Shown here one piece after another: positions 26,816-38,493 of a stretch of DNA of 64,000 nucleotides. A model generated the notes under the pieces. That model saw only the letters and a program-made list of their open reading frames with translations, was not told where the DNA came from and searched no databases. The position numbers were made by a program, and so were the translations under genes. Position 1 is the first letter of the stretch. Every line of letters starts with the position of its first letter. Source of the stretch: Pristiophorus japonicus (taxonomy: Eukaryota); contig NC_091992.1 in the NCBI RefSeq assembly GCF_044704955.1, positions 111,910,001 through 111,974,000 of the forward strand, read 5' to 3'.

Positions 26816-29797
26816 TCAGTACCCACTTCCTGCTTTCACGCCATACCCCTTGATCCCCCGAGTAGTAAGGACTTCATCTAACTCCCTTTTGAATATATTT
26901 AGTGAATTGGCCTCAACTACTTCCTGTGGTAGAGAATTCCACAGGTTCACCACTCTCTGGGTGAAGAAGTTTCTCCTTATCTCGGTCTTAAATGGCTTAC
27001 CCCTTATCCTTAGACTGTGACCCCTGGTTCTGGACTTCCCCAACATTGGGAACATTCTTCCTGCATCCAACCTGTCCAAACCCGTCAGAATTTTAAACGT
27101 TTCTATGAGGTCCCCTCTCACTCTTCTGAACTCCAGTGAATACAAGCCCAGTTGATTCAGTCTTTCTTGATAGGTCAGTCCCACCATCCCGGGAATCAGT
27201 CTGGTGAATCTTCGCTGCACTCCCTCAACAGCAAGTATGTCCTTCCTCAAGTTAGGAGACCAAAACTGTACACAATACTCCAGGTGTGGCCTCACCAAGG
27301 CCCTGTACAACTGTAGCAACACCTCCCTGCCCCTGTACTCAAATCCCCTCGCTATGAAGGCCAACATGCCATTTGCTTTCTTAACCGCCTGCTGTACCTG
27401 CATGCCAACCTTCAATGACTGATGTACCATGACACCCAGGTCTCGTTGCACCTTCCCTTTTCCTAATCTGTCACCATTCAGATAATAGTCTGTCTCTCTG
27501 TTTTTACCACCAAAGTGGATAACCTCACATTTATCCACATTATACTTCATCTGCCACGCATTTGCCCACTCACCTAACCTATCCAAGTCACTCTGTAGCC
27601 TCATAGCATCCTCCTCGCAGCTCACACTGCCACCCAACTTAGTGTCATCCGCAAATTTGGAGATACTACATTTAATCCCCTCGTCTAAATCATTAATGTA
27701 CAATGTAAACAGCTGGGGCCCCAGCACAGAACCCTGCGGTACCCCACTAGTCACTGCCTGCCATTCCGAAAAGTACCCATTTACTCCTACTCTTTGCTTC
27801 CTGTCTGACAACCAGTTCTCAATCCACGTCAGCACACTACCCCCAATCCCATGTGCTTTAACTTTGCACATTAATCTCCTGTGTGGGACCTTGTCGAAAG
27901 CCTTCTGAAAGTCCAAATATACCACATCAACTGGTACTCCTTTGTCCACTTTATTGGAAACATCCTCAAAAAATTCCAGAAGATTTGTCAAGCATGATCT
28001 CCCTTTTACAAATCCATGCTGACTTGGACCTATCATGTCACCATTTTCCAAATGCGCTGCTATGACATCCTTAATAATTGATTCCATCATTTTACCCACT
28101 ACTGAGGTCAGGCTGACCGGTCTATAATTCCCTGCTTTCTCTCTCCCTCCTTTTTTAAAAAGTGGGGTTACATTGGCTACCCTCCACTCGATAGGAACTG
28201 ATCCAGAGTCAATGGAATGTTGGAAAATGACTGTCAATGCATCCGCTATTTCCAAGGCCACCTCCTTAAGTACTCTGGGATGCAGTCCATCAGGCCCTGG
28301 GGATTTATCGGCCTTCAATCCCATCAATTTCCCCAACACAATTTCCCGACTAATAAAGATTTCCCTCAGTTCCTCCTCCTTAATAGACCCTCTGACCACT
28401 TTTATATCCGGAAGGTTGTTTGTGTCCTCCTTAGTGAATACTGAACCAAAGTACTTGTTCAATTGGTCTGCCATTTCTTTGTTCCCCGTTATGACTTCCC
28501 CTGATTCTGACTGCAGGGGACCTACGTTTGTCTTTACTAACCTCTTTCTCTTTACATACCTATAGAAACTTTTGCAATCCGCCTTAATGTTCCCTGCAAG
28601 CTTCTTCTCGTACTCCATTTTCCCTACCCTAATCAAACCCTTTGTCCTCCTCTGCTGAGTTCTAAATTTCTTCCAGTCCCCAGGTTCGCTGCTATTTCTG
28701 GCCAATTTGTATGCCACTTCCTTGGCTTTAATACTATCCCTGATTTCCCTAGATAGCCACGGTTGAGCCACCTTCCCTTTTTTATTTTTACGCCAGACAG
28801 GAATGTACAATTGTTGTAATTCATCCATGCGTTCTCTAAATGTCTGCCATTGCCCATCCACAGTCAACCCCTTAAGTATCATTAGCCAATCTATCTTAGC
28901 CAATTCATGCCTCATACCTTCAAAGTTACCCTTCTTTAAGTTCTGGACCATGGTCTCTGAATTAACTGTTTCATTCTCCATCCTAATGCAGAATTCCACC
29001 ATATTATGGTCACTCTTCCCCAAGGGGCCTCGCACAATGAGATTGCTAATTAATCCTCTCTCATTACACAACACCCAGTCTAAGATGGCCTCCCCCCTAG
29101 TTGGTTCCTCGACATATTGGTCTAGAAAACCATCCCTTATGCATTCCAGGAAATCCTCCTCCACCGTATTGCTTCCAGTTTGGCTAGCCCAATCTATGTG
29201 CATATTAAAGTCACCCATTATAACTGCTGCACCTTTATTGCATGCACTCCTAATTTCCTGTTTGATGCCCTCCCCAACATCACTACTACTGTTTGGAGGT
29301 CTGTACACAACTCCCACTAACGATTTTTGCCCTTTAGTGTTCTGCAGCTCTACCCATATAGATTCCACATCATCCAAGCTAATGTCTTTCCTAACTATTG
29401 CATTAATCTCCTCTTTAACCAGCAATGCTACCCCACCTCCTTTTCCTTTTATTCTATCCTTCCTGAATGTTGAATACCCCTGGATGTTGAGTTCCCAGCC
29501 CTGATCATCCTGGAGCCACGTCTCCGTAATCCCAATCACATCATATTTGTTAACATCTATTTGCACAATTAATTCATCCACCTTATTGCGGATACTCCTT
29601 GCATTAAGACACAAAGCCTTCAGGCTTGCTTTTTTAACACCCTTTGTCTTTTTAGAATTTTGCTGTACAGTGGCCCTTTTTGTTCTTTGCCTTGGGTTTC
29701 TCTGCCCTCCACTTTTCCTCATCTCCTTTCTGTCTTTTGCTTTTGCCTCCTTTTTGTCTCCCTCTGTCTCCCTGTATAGGTTCCCATCCCCCTGCAA
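26816..29797 (-). CDS. CR1 ORF2: APE endonuclease and reverse transcriptase
   Basis: 993-codon open frame. APE motifs (LNARS, ITETW, GDFN, SDH) and RT motifs (YRPVSLTS, VPQGSVLGP, FADD). The track start is TTG; the first ATG is at 29722. Confidence 0.96.
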   Translation of the reverse strand: MQGDGNLYRETEGDKKEAKAKDRKEMRKSGGQRNPRQRTKRATVQQNSKKTKGVKKASLKALCLNARSIRNKVDELIVQIDVNKYDVIGITETWLQDDQGWELNIQGYSTFRKDRIKGKGGGVALLVKEEINAIVRKDISLDDVESIWVELQNTKGQKSLVGVVYRPPNSSSDVGEGIKQEIRSACNKGAAVIMGDFNMHIDWASQTGSNTVEEDFLECIRDGFLDQYVEEPTRGEAILDWVLCNERGLISNLIVRGPLGKSDHNMVEFCIRMENETVNSETMVQNLKKGNFEGMRHELAKIDWLMILKGLTVDGQWQTFRERMDELQQLYIPVWRKNKKGKVAQPWLSREIRDSIKAKEVAYKLARNSSEPGDWKKFRTQQRRTKGLIRVGKMEYEKKLAGNIKADCKSFYRYVKRKRLVKTNVGPLQSESGEVITGNKEMADQLNKYFGSVFTKEDTNNLPDIKVVRGSIKEEELREIFISREIVLGKLMGLKADKSPGPDGLHPRVLKEVALEIADALTVIFQHSIDSGSVPIEWRVANVTPLFKKGGREKAGNYRPVSLTSVVGKMMESIIKDVIAAHLENGDMIGPSQHGFVKGRSCLTNLLEFFEDVSNKVDKGVPVDVVYLDFQKAFDKVPHRRLMCKVKAHGIGGSVLTWIENWLSDRKQRVGVNGYFSEWQAVTSGVPQGSVLGPQLFTLYINDLDEGIKCSISKFADDTKLGGSVSCEEDAMRLQSDLDRLGEWANAWQMKYNVDKCEVIHFGGKNRETDYYLNGDRLGKGKVQRDLGVMVHQSLKVGMQVQQAVKKANGMLAFIARGFEYRGREVLLQLYRALVRPHLEYCVQFWSPNLRKDILAVEGVQRRFTRLIPGMVGLTYQERLNQLGLYSLEFRRVRGDLIETFKILTGLDRLDAGRMFPMLGKSRTRGHSLRIRGKPFKTEIRRNFFTQRVVNLWNSLPQEVVEANSLNIFKRELDEVLTTRGIKGYGVKAGSGY

Positions 29798-29799
29798 TA

Positions 29800-30747
29800 T
29801 TAGTTTAACTCCTCCCCAACAGCACTAGCAAACACTCCCCCTAGGACATTGGTTCCGGACCTGCCCAGGTGCAGACCGTCCGGTTTGTACTGGTCCCACC
29901 TCCCCCAGAACCGGTTCCAATGCCCCAAGAATTTGAATCCCTCCCTGCTGCACCACTGCTCAAGCCATGTATTCATCTGCGCTATCCTGCGATTCCTACT
30001 CTGACTAGCACGTGGCACTGGTAGCAATCCCGAGATTACTACTTTTGAGGTCCTACTTTTTAATTTAGCTCCTAGCTCCTTAAATTCTTTTCGTAGGACC
30101 TCATCCCTTTTTTTACCTATGTCGTTGGTACCAATGTGCACCACGACAACTGGCTGTTCTCCCTCCCATTTCAGAATGTCCTGCACCCGCTCCGAGACAT
30201 CCTTGACCCTTGCACCAGGGAGGCAACATACCATCCTGGAGTCTTGGTTGCGTCCGCAGAAACGCCTATCTATTCCCCTCACCATCGAATCCCCTATCAC
30301 TATCGCGCTCCCACTCTTTTTCCTGCCCTCCTTTGCAGCAGAGCCACCTACGGTGCCATGAACTTGGCTGCTGCTGCCCTCCCCTGATGAGTCATCCTCC
30401 CCAACAGTACTCAAAGCAGTGTATCTGTTTTGCAGGGGGATGACCACAGGGGACTCCTGCACTATCTTTCTTGCACTGCTCTTCCTGTTGGTCTTCCATT
30501 CCCTATCTGGCTGTGGACCCTTCTCCTGCGGTAAGACCAACTCACTACACGTGATACTCACGTCATTCTCAGCATCGTGGATGCTCCAGAGTGAATCCAC
30601 CTTCAGCTCCAATTCCGCAACGCGGACCGTCAAGAGCTCGAGGCGGATACACTTCCCACACACGTAGTCGTCAGGGACACCGGAAGTGTCCCCGAGTTCC
30701 CACATGGTACAGGAGGAGCATATCACATGACCGAGCTCTCCTGCCAT
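29800..30747 (-). CDS. CR1 ORF1: zinc finger, coiled coil and SGNH esterase-like domain
   Basis: CSSC...CGKC, a leucine heptad, and GDS, GTND and DGLH blocks of the SGNH fold. Confidence 0.93.
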   Translation of the reverse strand: MAGELGHVICSSCTMWELGDTSGVPDDYVCGKCIRLELLTVRVAELELKVDSLWSIHDAENDVSITCSELVLPQEKGPQPDREWKTNRKSSARKIVQESPVVIPLQNRYTALSTVGEDDSSGEGSSSQVHGTVGGSAAKEGRKKSGSAIVIGDSMVRGIDRRFCGRNQDSRMVCCLPGARVKDVSERVQDILKWEGEQPVVVVHIGTNDIGKKRDEVLRKEFKELGAKLKSRTSKVVISGLLPVPRASQSRNRRIAQMNTWLEQWCSREGFKFLGHWNRFWGRWDQYKPDGLHLGRSGTNVLGGVFASAVGEELN

Positions 30748-30924
30748 GTCTTAACCTTAGATACCCTTAAATTGGTAATAACAATGTTATAGTTCACTTA
30801 CTGATATAAAAAATAAAAGAAAAGCTACTCACCAATCACCAGCCAATCACTTACCCCATTGGCTGTGACGTCACTTTTTGATTACTTTCTACTTCTATTT
30901 TGCTTTCTCTCCCACTGTAGCTGC

Positions 30925-31120
30925 CTTTTGATAGGCTGCTCCCGCGTCTCACCAACTGCCGCTGGCTCTCGATCTCCCGCTGGGCTTTTGATAGGCCGCT
31001 CCCCTCTCACCAAGTGCCGCTGGCTCTCGATCTCCCGCTGGGCTTTTGATAGGTCACTCCCCTCTCACCAACTGCTGCTGGCTCTCGATCTCCCGCTGGG
31101 CTTTTGACAGGTCGCTCCCG
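30925..31120. repeat. Tandem repeat of about 60 bp (about 3.3 copies) in the CR1 5' UTR
   Basis: The unit cttttgatagg...ctcaccaactgccgctggctctcgatctcccgctggg is repeated. Confidence 0.9.
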
Positions 31121-32043
31121 TGTGTGTGTGTGTCCCAATGGAAGGCTAAATGTTCTTTCTACTTCATTGTGGATGGTGCATCAGCACTGTAGAATGTACG
31201 GAGAATAAATATATAAGCTTTTGAATTCACAGAATGCTCATTTATTCAGTACATAAATGTCAAGGACAAGAGCCAGCAGCTTCTACTAGCCTGACTGATT
31301 GTTTGGCTATTTATCACTGTTTCTAATATGTTTTATAGTTATTTCCCACTAGTCTTAAATTTATGTCTGCTATCTTAATCTGAAGCCTTTAAATTCTAAT
31401 TCTAATTTCGAGCTATCACAAATGCCTCATTTCAATTACCACAAGGACAGAACCTGTAACATAATTCAGCTGTGTTAAATTACACCGCAGTCATCTCGAT
31501 CAGTGACATCCATTCTGTTTGTTGCATTTAATTTGAAATGAGATAGCAAAAGAGAAATTATGACAACATTCCCCCCCCCCCCCCCCAAATATCAGTTGGA
31601 AACATAAAAGTTAGGAAAGGGGTAAAAAGGAGAAATGTGAGTGAAATGCAGAATCTTAAAATGGGAAAAATGAACAAAAGCAAGGATTTAAAAACGAGAG
31701 TAAATGCTGCAAGGTGAAATAAACCAGGAAATACAGTAAGGAAAATAAATCTGCAAAATTAAATGATTGGATTCCAGGAGTGCAGATTCTGGTGTGCAAA
31801 TGTTTCACCAGGAGTAATTTTGCAGTTACAACTAATCTCCATGCTCTTCTATCTGCATGTATGTTTCTAAAAAAATTTAAATCGCTTCAATTGTTGCTTT
31901 GTTTTAATCAGGTTGGTCGATTTTAAGTGAAGTCAACATTCATGTTTTTTTTTTAAAAAGTGTTCCCACAACACTGATTCCCTCGGCTCACTGATTTTTT
32001 TTTCTCTCTCATGATGATGTTGCCGTTCCAAGTTCAGGAGGGG

Positions 32044-35000
32044 TGTAGTGTATGAAATGATACAATGAACTCCATACTGTGAGCCAGTGACTAGGGTAAC
32101 CTGGTCCGTCTTTAATGGTTTCTAGAAGTGAGGATACAAAGGTGAAGTTCAGGTTATATTCTGGGCCCAGCACGAGTGTACCTATGATCCTAGGATCTCC
32201 GATGGTAGTGCTCTCTGGTGGTGGGCAGACCTTATGTACATACATTACATCATTTCCCCCACCCAGTTCATGGCACAAGTCCATATTACAAGTTCAGACG
32301 GTCCGGAGCCCTTCGCTCCATGGTTGACCGTCTCAGTACAATCCCAGTGCTTTCTGAGTTTCACGACTTGGGGCTGTGCGTTGACCACAGTGGGTTCTTC
32401 TGATGGCTGGACCTAAGTTGGTTGGTCGTCTAAGCTCGCGGTGTCTTCTTCCAACTGTTCTGGTTTGTCAGTGTGCCTTAGCTTAATTTGATCAATGTGT
32501 TTCCTGCACATCTATCCATTCCTGAGCTTAACCATATACACCCGGTTACCCTCTTATCCGTAACATTGCCCGGGAACCACTTCGGTCCTTGACCATGGTT
32601 AAGTACTTACACTGGGTCATTTACAGATATATCGCGTGACACTGCGGCGCAGTCGTGATACCACTGCTGGGTTAACGTCAGGTTTCAGCATAATCGTTAA
32701 GGTCAGGAAGGACTAGAGAGAGCCTGGTTTTCAATAGTTCCACAGGAAGGACCCCAGTGAACATGTGTGGCCTTGTCCCGTAACTGAGCAGTATGTGTGA
32801 CAGGCATGTCTGCAAGGAACCGTGAGTTACACGTTTCAGGCGCTGCTTGATGGTTGTGAACTGCCTGCTCCACTTGACCATTGGACGCGGGTTTGAACGT
32901 GGCTGACCTCACGTGTTTTATGCCATTGCGTTTCATGAACTCTTGAAACTCAGGCTCGTGAAATATGGTCCGTTGTCACTGACAACGATGTCTGGCAGAC
33001 CATGTGTGGCAAACATGGCTCTCAGGTTCTCAATGGTGGCAGTGGAAGTGCTGGATAACATGATCACACAATCTATCCATCTGGAGTATGCATCCACCAC
33101 CACAAAATATTTTTCCGAGGAAGGGGCCTGCAAAGTCGATGTGGATTCTAGACCATGGTTTGGATGGCCATGACCACAGACTGAGCAGAGCTTCCTTTGG
33201 GGCATTGCTTAACTGCATTGAAGTGCTGCACTGATACACGCATGACTCTAAGTTCGAGTCAATGTCAGGCCACCAAACATGGGACCTGGTGATGGCATTC
33301 ATCATGACAATACCAGGATGCGTACTATGTAACTCCCATACAAATCTCACCCTGCATTTCTTGGGCATTACAACATGATTACCCCACAGTAAACAGTCGA
33401 ACTGGATGGAAAGCTCATCTTTGCGACGGCTGTACGGTTTGCATTCATCACCCATTTCCATGGGGATAGTCGACCAGTCCCTGTTAAGAACACAATGTTT
33501 TACAACCGATAGGGTCGGATCCTGGTTGGTCCAGGTCTTACCTTGTTGAGCAGTGACGGGCGACCCTTCGCTCTCAAAGGCATCCATGACCATGAGTAGC
33601 TCTGCTGGCATTGGCGTTTCCACCTCCGGTGTGGGCAACGGTAACCAGCTCAATGCATCAGCGCAGTTGTCGGTGCCTGGTCTATGGCGAATGACATAAT
33701 CATAGGCAGATAATGTCAGCGCCTACCTCTGGATGCGGGACGACGCGTTGGTATTGATACCTTTTATGTTCCGAGAACAATGATATAAACGGCTTGTGAT
33801 CGGTTTCCAGCTTGAAATGAAGCCCAAACAGGTACTAGTGCATTTTTTTTTTAAACCCCATAAACACATGCTAAAGCCTTTTTCTCTACCATGGCGTAGG
33901 CTCTTTCCGCCTTGGACAGGCTTTGAGACGCGTATGCAACTGGTTGTAGTTTGCCTGACTCATTGGCTTGCTGGAGTACGCAGCCGACCTCCTAGGACGA
34001 CGCATCACAGGTCAAAACTAGATGCTTGCATGGGTCATACAGTACCAGTAGCTTGTAGGAACACAACAGATTTCTAGCCTTCTCAAAGGCTCTGTCTTGA
34101 AGTTCACCCCACACCCAGTCGTCTCCTTGCCTGAGCAGCTTATGCAAAGGCACTAATATTGTGCTCAATTTGGGTAAGAAGTTACCGAAGTAGTTGAGAA
34201 GACCCAGGAACAAATGCAGCTCCGTCACATTCTGGGGCCTGGGCGCATTTTTGATAGAAACAGAGAAACATAGAAAATAGGTGCAGTAGGCCATTCGGCC
34301 TTTCGAGCCTGCACCGCCATTCAATGAGTTCATGGCTGAACATGCAACTTCAGTACCCCATTCCTGCTTTCTCGCCATACCCCTTGATCCCCCTAGTAGT
34401 AAGGACTACATCTAACTCCTTTTTGAATATATTTAGTGAATTGGCCTCAACAACTTTCTGTGGTAGAGAATTCCACAGGTTCACCACTCTCTGGGTGAAG
34501 AAGTTTCTCATCTCGGTCCTAAATGGCTTACCCCTTATCCTTGGACTGTGATCCCTGGTTCTGGACTTCCCCAACATTGGGAACATTCTTCCTGCATCTA
34601 ACCTGTCTAAACCCTTCAGAATTTTAAACGTTTCTGAGATCCCCTCTCATTCTTCTGAACTCCAGTGAATACAAGCCAAGTTGATCCAGTCTTTCTTGAT
34701 ATGTCAGTCCTGCCATCCTGAATCAGTCTGGTGAACCTTCGCTGCACTCCCTCAATAGCAAGAACATCCTTCCTCAAGTTAGGAGACCAAAACTGTACAC
34801 AATACTCCAGGTGTGGCCTCACCAAGGCCCTGTACAACTGTAGTAACACCTCCCTGTCCCTGTACTCAAATCCCCTTGCTATGAAGGCCAACATGCCATT
34901 TGCTTTCTTAACCGCCTGCTGCACCTGAATGCCAACCTTCAATGACTGATGTACCATGACACCCAGGTCTCGTTGCACCACCCCTTTTCCTGTCACCATT

Positions 35001-38000
35001 CAGATAATAGTCTGTGTCTCTGTTTTTACCACCAAATTGGATAACCTCACATTTATCCACATTATACTTCATCTGCCATGCATTTGCCCACTCACCTAAC
35101 CTATCCAAGTCACTCTGCAGCCTCATAGCATCCTCCTCGCAGCTCACACTGCCACCCAACTTAGTGTCATCCGCAAATTTGGAGATACTACATTTAATCC
35201 CCTTGTCTAAATCATTAATGTACAATGTAAACAGCTGCGGCCCCAGCACAGAACCTTGCGGTACCCCACTAGTCACTGCCTGCCATTCTGAAAATACCAT
35301 TTACTCCTACTCTTTGCTTCCTGTCTGACAACCAGTTCTCAATCCATGTCAGCACACTACCCCAATCCCATGTGCTTTAACTTTGCACACTAATCTCTTG
35401 TGTAGGGCCTTGTCAAAAGCCTTCTGGAAGTCCAAATACACCACATCAACTGGTTCTCCCTTGTCCACTCTACTGGAAACATCCTCACAAAATTCCAGAA
35501 GATTTGTCAAGCATGATTTCCCTTTCACAAATCCATGCTGACTTGGACCTATCATGTCACCTCTTTCCAAATGCGCTGCTATGACATCCTTAATAATTGA
35601 TTCCATCATTTTACTCACTACCGATGTCAGGCTGACCGGTCTATAATTCCCTGTTTTCTCTCTCCCTCCTTTTTTAAAAAGTGGGGTTACATTGGCTACC
35701 CTCCACTCCATAGGAACTGATCCAGAGTCTATGGAATGTTGTAAAATGACTGTCAATGCATCTGCTATTTGCAAGGCCACCTCCTTAATTACTCTGGGAT
35801 GCAGACCATCAGGCCCTGGGGATTTATTGGCCTTCAATCCCATCAATTTCCCCAGCACAATTTCCCAACTAATAAGGATTTCCCTCAGTTCCTCCTTCTT
35901 ACTAGACCCTCTGACCCCTTTTATATCTGGAAGGTTGTTTGTGTCCTCCTTAGTGAATACTGAACCAAAGTACTTGTTCAATTGGTCTGCCATTTCTTTG
36001 TTCCTAGTTATGACTTCCCCTGATTATGACTGCAGGGGACCTACGTTTGTCTTTACTAACCTTTTTCTGTTTACTTATCAATAGAAGCTTTTGCAGTCCA
36101 TTTTAATGTTCCCTGCAAGCTTCCTCTCGTACTCTATTTTCCCTGCCCTAATCAAACCCTTTGTCCTCCTCTGAGTTCTAAATTTCTCCCAGTCCCCGGG
36201 TTCACTGCTATTTCTGGCCAATTTGTATGCCACTTCCTTGGCTTTAATACTATCCCTGATTTCCCTTGATAGCCACGGTTGAGCCTTTTAAAAAATTTTC
36301 ACCTCTGTTTTCGCATCTGTAGGGCTGATTCCATCTGCAGCAACCTTTCGTCCAAGGAAGTTGACCTCTGGTGCCATGAAAACGCACTTCGAACGTTTCA
36401 GCCTGAGTCCCACTTTGTCCAGATGACACAGAACCTCTTCCAGATTGTTCAAGTGCTTGGCGGTGTCACGACCTGTGACTAGGATATTGTCCTGGAATAC
36501 CACAGTCCTGGGGACAGATTTCAATAGGCTCTCCATGTTTCTCTGAAATATGGCTGCCACTGAATGAATGCCAAAAGGGCACCTGTTGTAAATAAACAGT
36601 CCTTTGTGCGTGTTGATGCACATAAGTTTCTTTGATGATTCAACCAGTTCCTGTGTCATGTAGGCTGACGTTCGATCCAATTTGGTGAACGATTTCCCCC
36701 CCCCCCATTAGCGTTATAAACAGGTCATCAGCTTTCGGTAGCGGGTACTCATCTTGTTTCGAAACTTGGTTGATCATGACCTTGTAGTCTCCACAAATCC
36801 TGACTGTGCCATCACTCTTTGGGCCAGCCCCATTGTTCCGGTGTTAATCATTAAATTCAACCGGTGAGATGACCCCCTCACATTGTAGCCTGTCCAATTC
36901 GAGCTTGACCTTTTCTCTCATCATGTGTGGAACCACCCTGGCTTTGTGATGGATGGGCCTTGCGTCTGGGCCTAGGTGAATCTGCACCTTAGCTCCCTTG
37001 AAGTTGCCAATTCCCCATTCAAGCAGTGAGGGAAATTTGCTCAGCACATGAGCACACAAACCATCATCTGCTGATGACAAAGCTTTGGTATCGTACCATT
37101 TCCATTTTATTTTCTCGAGCCAACTCCTGCCGAGTAACGATGGGCCGTTGCCTGGGATAATCCATAATGGTAAATCATGAACCGCTCCCTCGTATGACAC
37201 TCTTACTGCTGCACTACCGATCACTGGTATGAGCTCTTTGGTGTAGGTACACAACTTCGCATTTATCGGACTCCACTTGGGTCTCTCTGCCTTGGTCTCC
37301 CACAGCTTTTCGAAAGTTCTCTGGCTCATTATCGATTGACTCACACCCGTGTCTAATTCCACGGATACCGGCACGCCATTTAATTTTACCTCTATTATCG
37401 GTTGGCTCTTTGTTAGGAATGCCTACGCTATACACTTCCTCCTCGGAGCTCTCAAATGTCTCGGGCCGCATCGCCAGATCCCCGCTGAACTGATCATCAT
37501 CCACGTGGTGTGTCGCAGCTCACTTGCTCCACTGCAGACACGTCCGCTGAAGATGCCCCGTCTTCGCACACCCTCTGCATACATAACTGCCTGAAGCGGC
37601 ACTGATGGGGTCGGTGATCGCCCCCGCAACGCCAACACATTGAGCTCGGATTTGCGCCCGATGGCGGGCTTTGAGCGGCTCCCGGTCTTGCAGATGCAGT
37701 CGAGTAGGCCCTGCCATATGCAGCTTTGCTGGCCGTCTATATAATTTTGTACACAGTACTTGCCATGGAGTTCCTGTTTTGTCACGATATCTGCTTTGTG
37801 CTTTTCTGCCTGGACATGCAAGCCTGGGCAATGGTGATGTCCTTGCTGAGGTCCAGTGTCTCCGCAGCCAGTAGCTTACTTAAGATCGCCTCGTGGTTGA
37901 CCCCGATCACGAAAAAGTCACGCAGCATGTCTTCCAACGCAGGCCCAAATTTGCAAGGCCCTGTAAGACATCTCGGGTCGGCAACAAATGCCGTTACGTC

Positions 38001-38493
38001 CTGGCCTTCTGGATGAACGTGCGTATAAAAGCGATATCTGGATATGAGAATTCTTTCCATAGCTTTAAGGTGTTCCTGAACTAGAGCACACAGTTCTTTG
38101 TAATCCTTTTCTGTAGGAAGAGTGGGTGAGAGCAGATTCTTGAGTGCATAAATCGTGGGGCCACAGACGGTGAGAACTGTTCTGCACTTCTCTGCATCCT
38201 CATCTTTGTTTAGGTCGTTTGCTACGAAATACTGGTCAAGACGATCCATGAAATCTCCCCAATCCTCTCCCTCCTTGAATCTCTAAGAATTCCAACAGTA
38301 CTCGATTGTGCTGTGCTCGCCATACTTTTGCGTGGGTTCGTATTTGCCTCGTTGCCAGTTGTAGTGTATGAAATGATACAATGAACTCCGTACTGTGAGC
38401 CAGTGACTAGGTGTAACCTGGTCAGTCTTGAATGGCTACCAGTTCAGGTTATATACCGGGCCCAGCCCTGGTGGTGGGCAGACCATATGTACA
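32044..38493 (-). mobile_element. Decayed Ty3/Gypsy LTR retrotransposon (gag-PR-RT-RH-IN)
   Basis: LTRs at 32044-32249 and 38360-38493, flanked by direct repeat AGGGG. PBS TGGCAACGAGG (tRNA-Ser-like) and PPT gggggaaatga. Fragmented gag (37782..38249), protease LDTG (36844..37374), RT (36288..36680), RNase H (LTCDAS) and integrase (33030..33653, VSDNG). Confidence 0.93.
34258..36301 (-). mobile_element. 5'-truncated CR1 nested in Gypsy pol
   Basis: RT ORF pieces 35349..35993, 34908..35300, 34616..34999 and 34350..34586, very similar to the CR1 at 26755. Excision restores Gypsy DAKTE-A-IKNAPRP. Confidence 0.93.

Larger units (their letters stand above)
26755..31120 (-). mobile_element. Near full-length CR1 LINE with two intact ORFs, in a CPSF4L intron
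   Basis: 5' UTR with tandem repeats, ORF1, ORF2 and a partial 3' UTR. (TG)n on both sides. Confidence 0.97.

Noticed and set aside
27204-29828. Several + strand ORFs up to 233 aa, and similar ones opposite other CR1 copies
   Set aside because: They are antisense shadows of LINE ORF2 with no independent motifs.
31912-31993. Alternative CPSF4L last exon (ttttaatcag|GT TGG TCG...TGA)
   Set aside because: The acceptor is plausible, but there is no homology and the frame depends on a T homopolymer. Not excluded, only unsupported.
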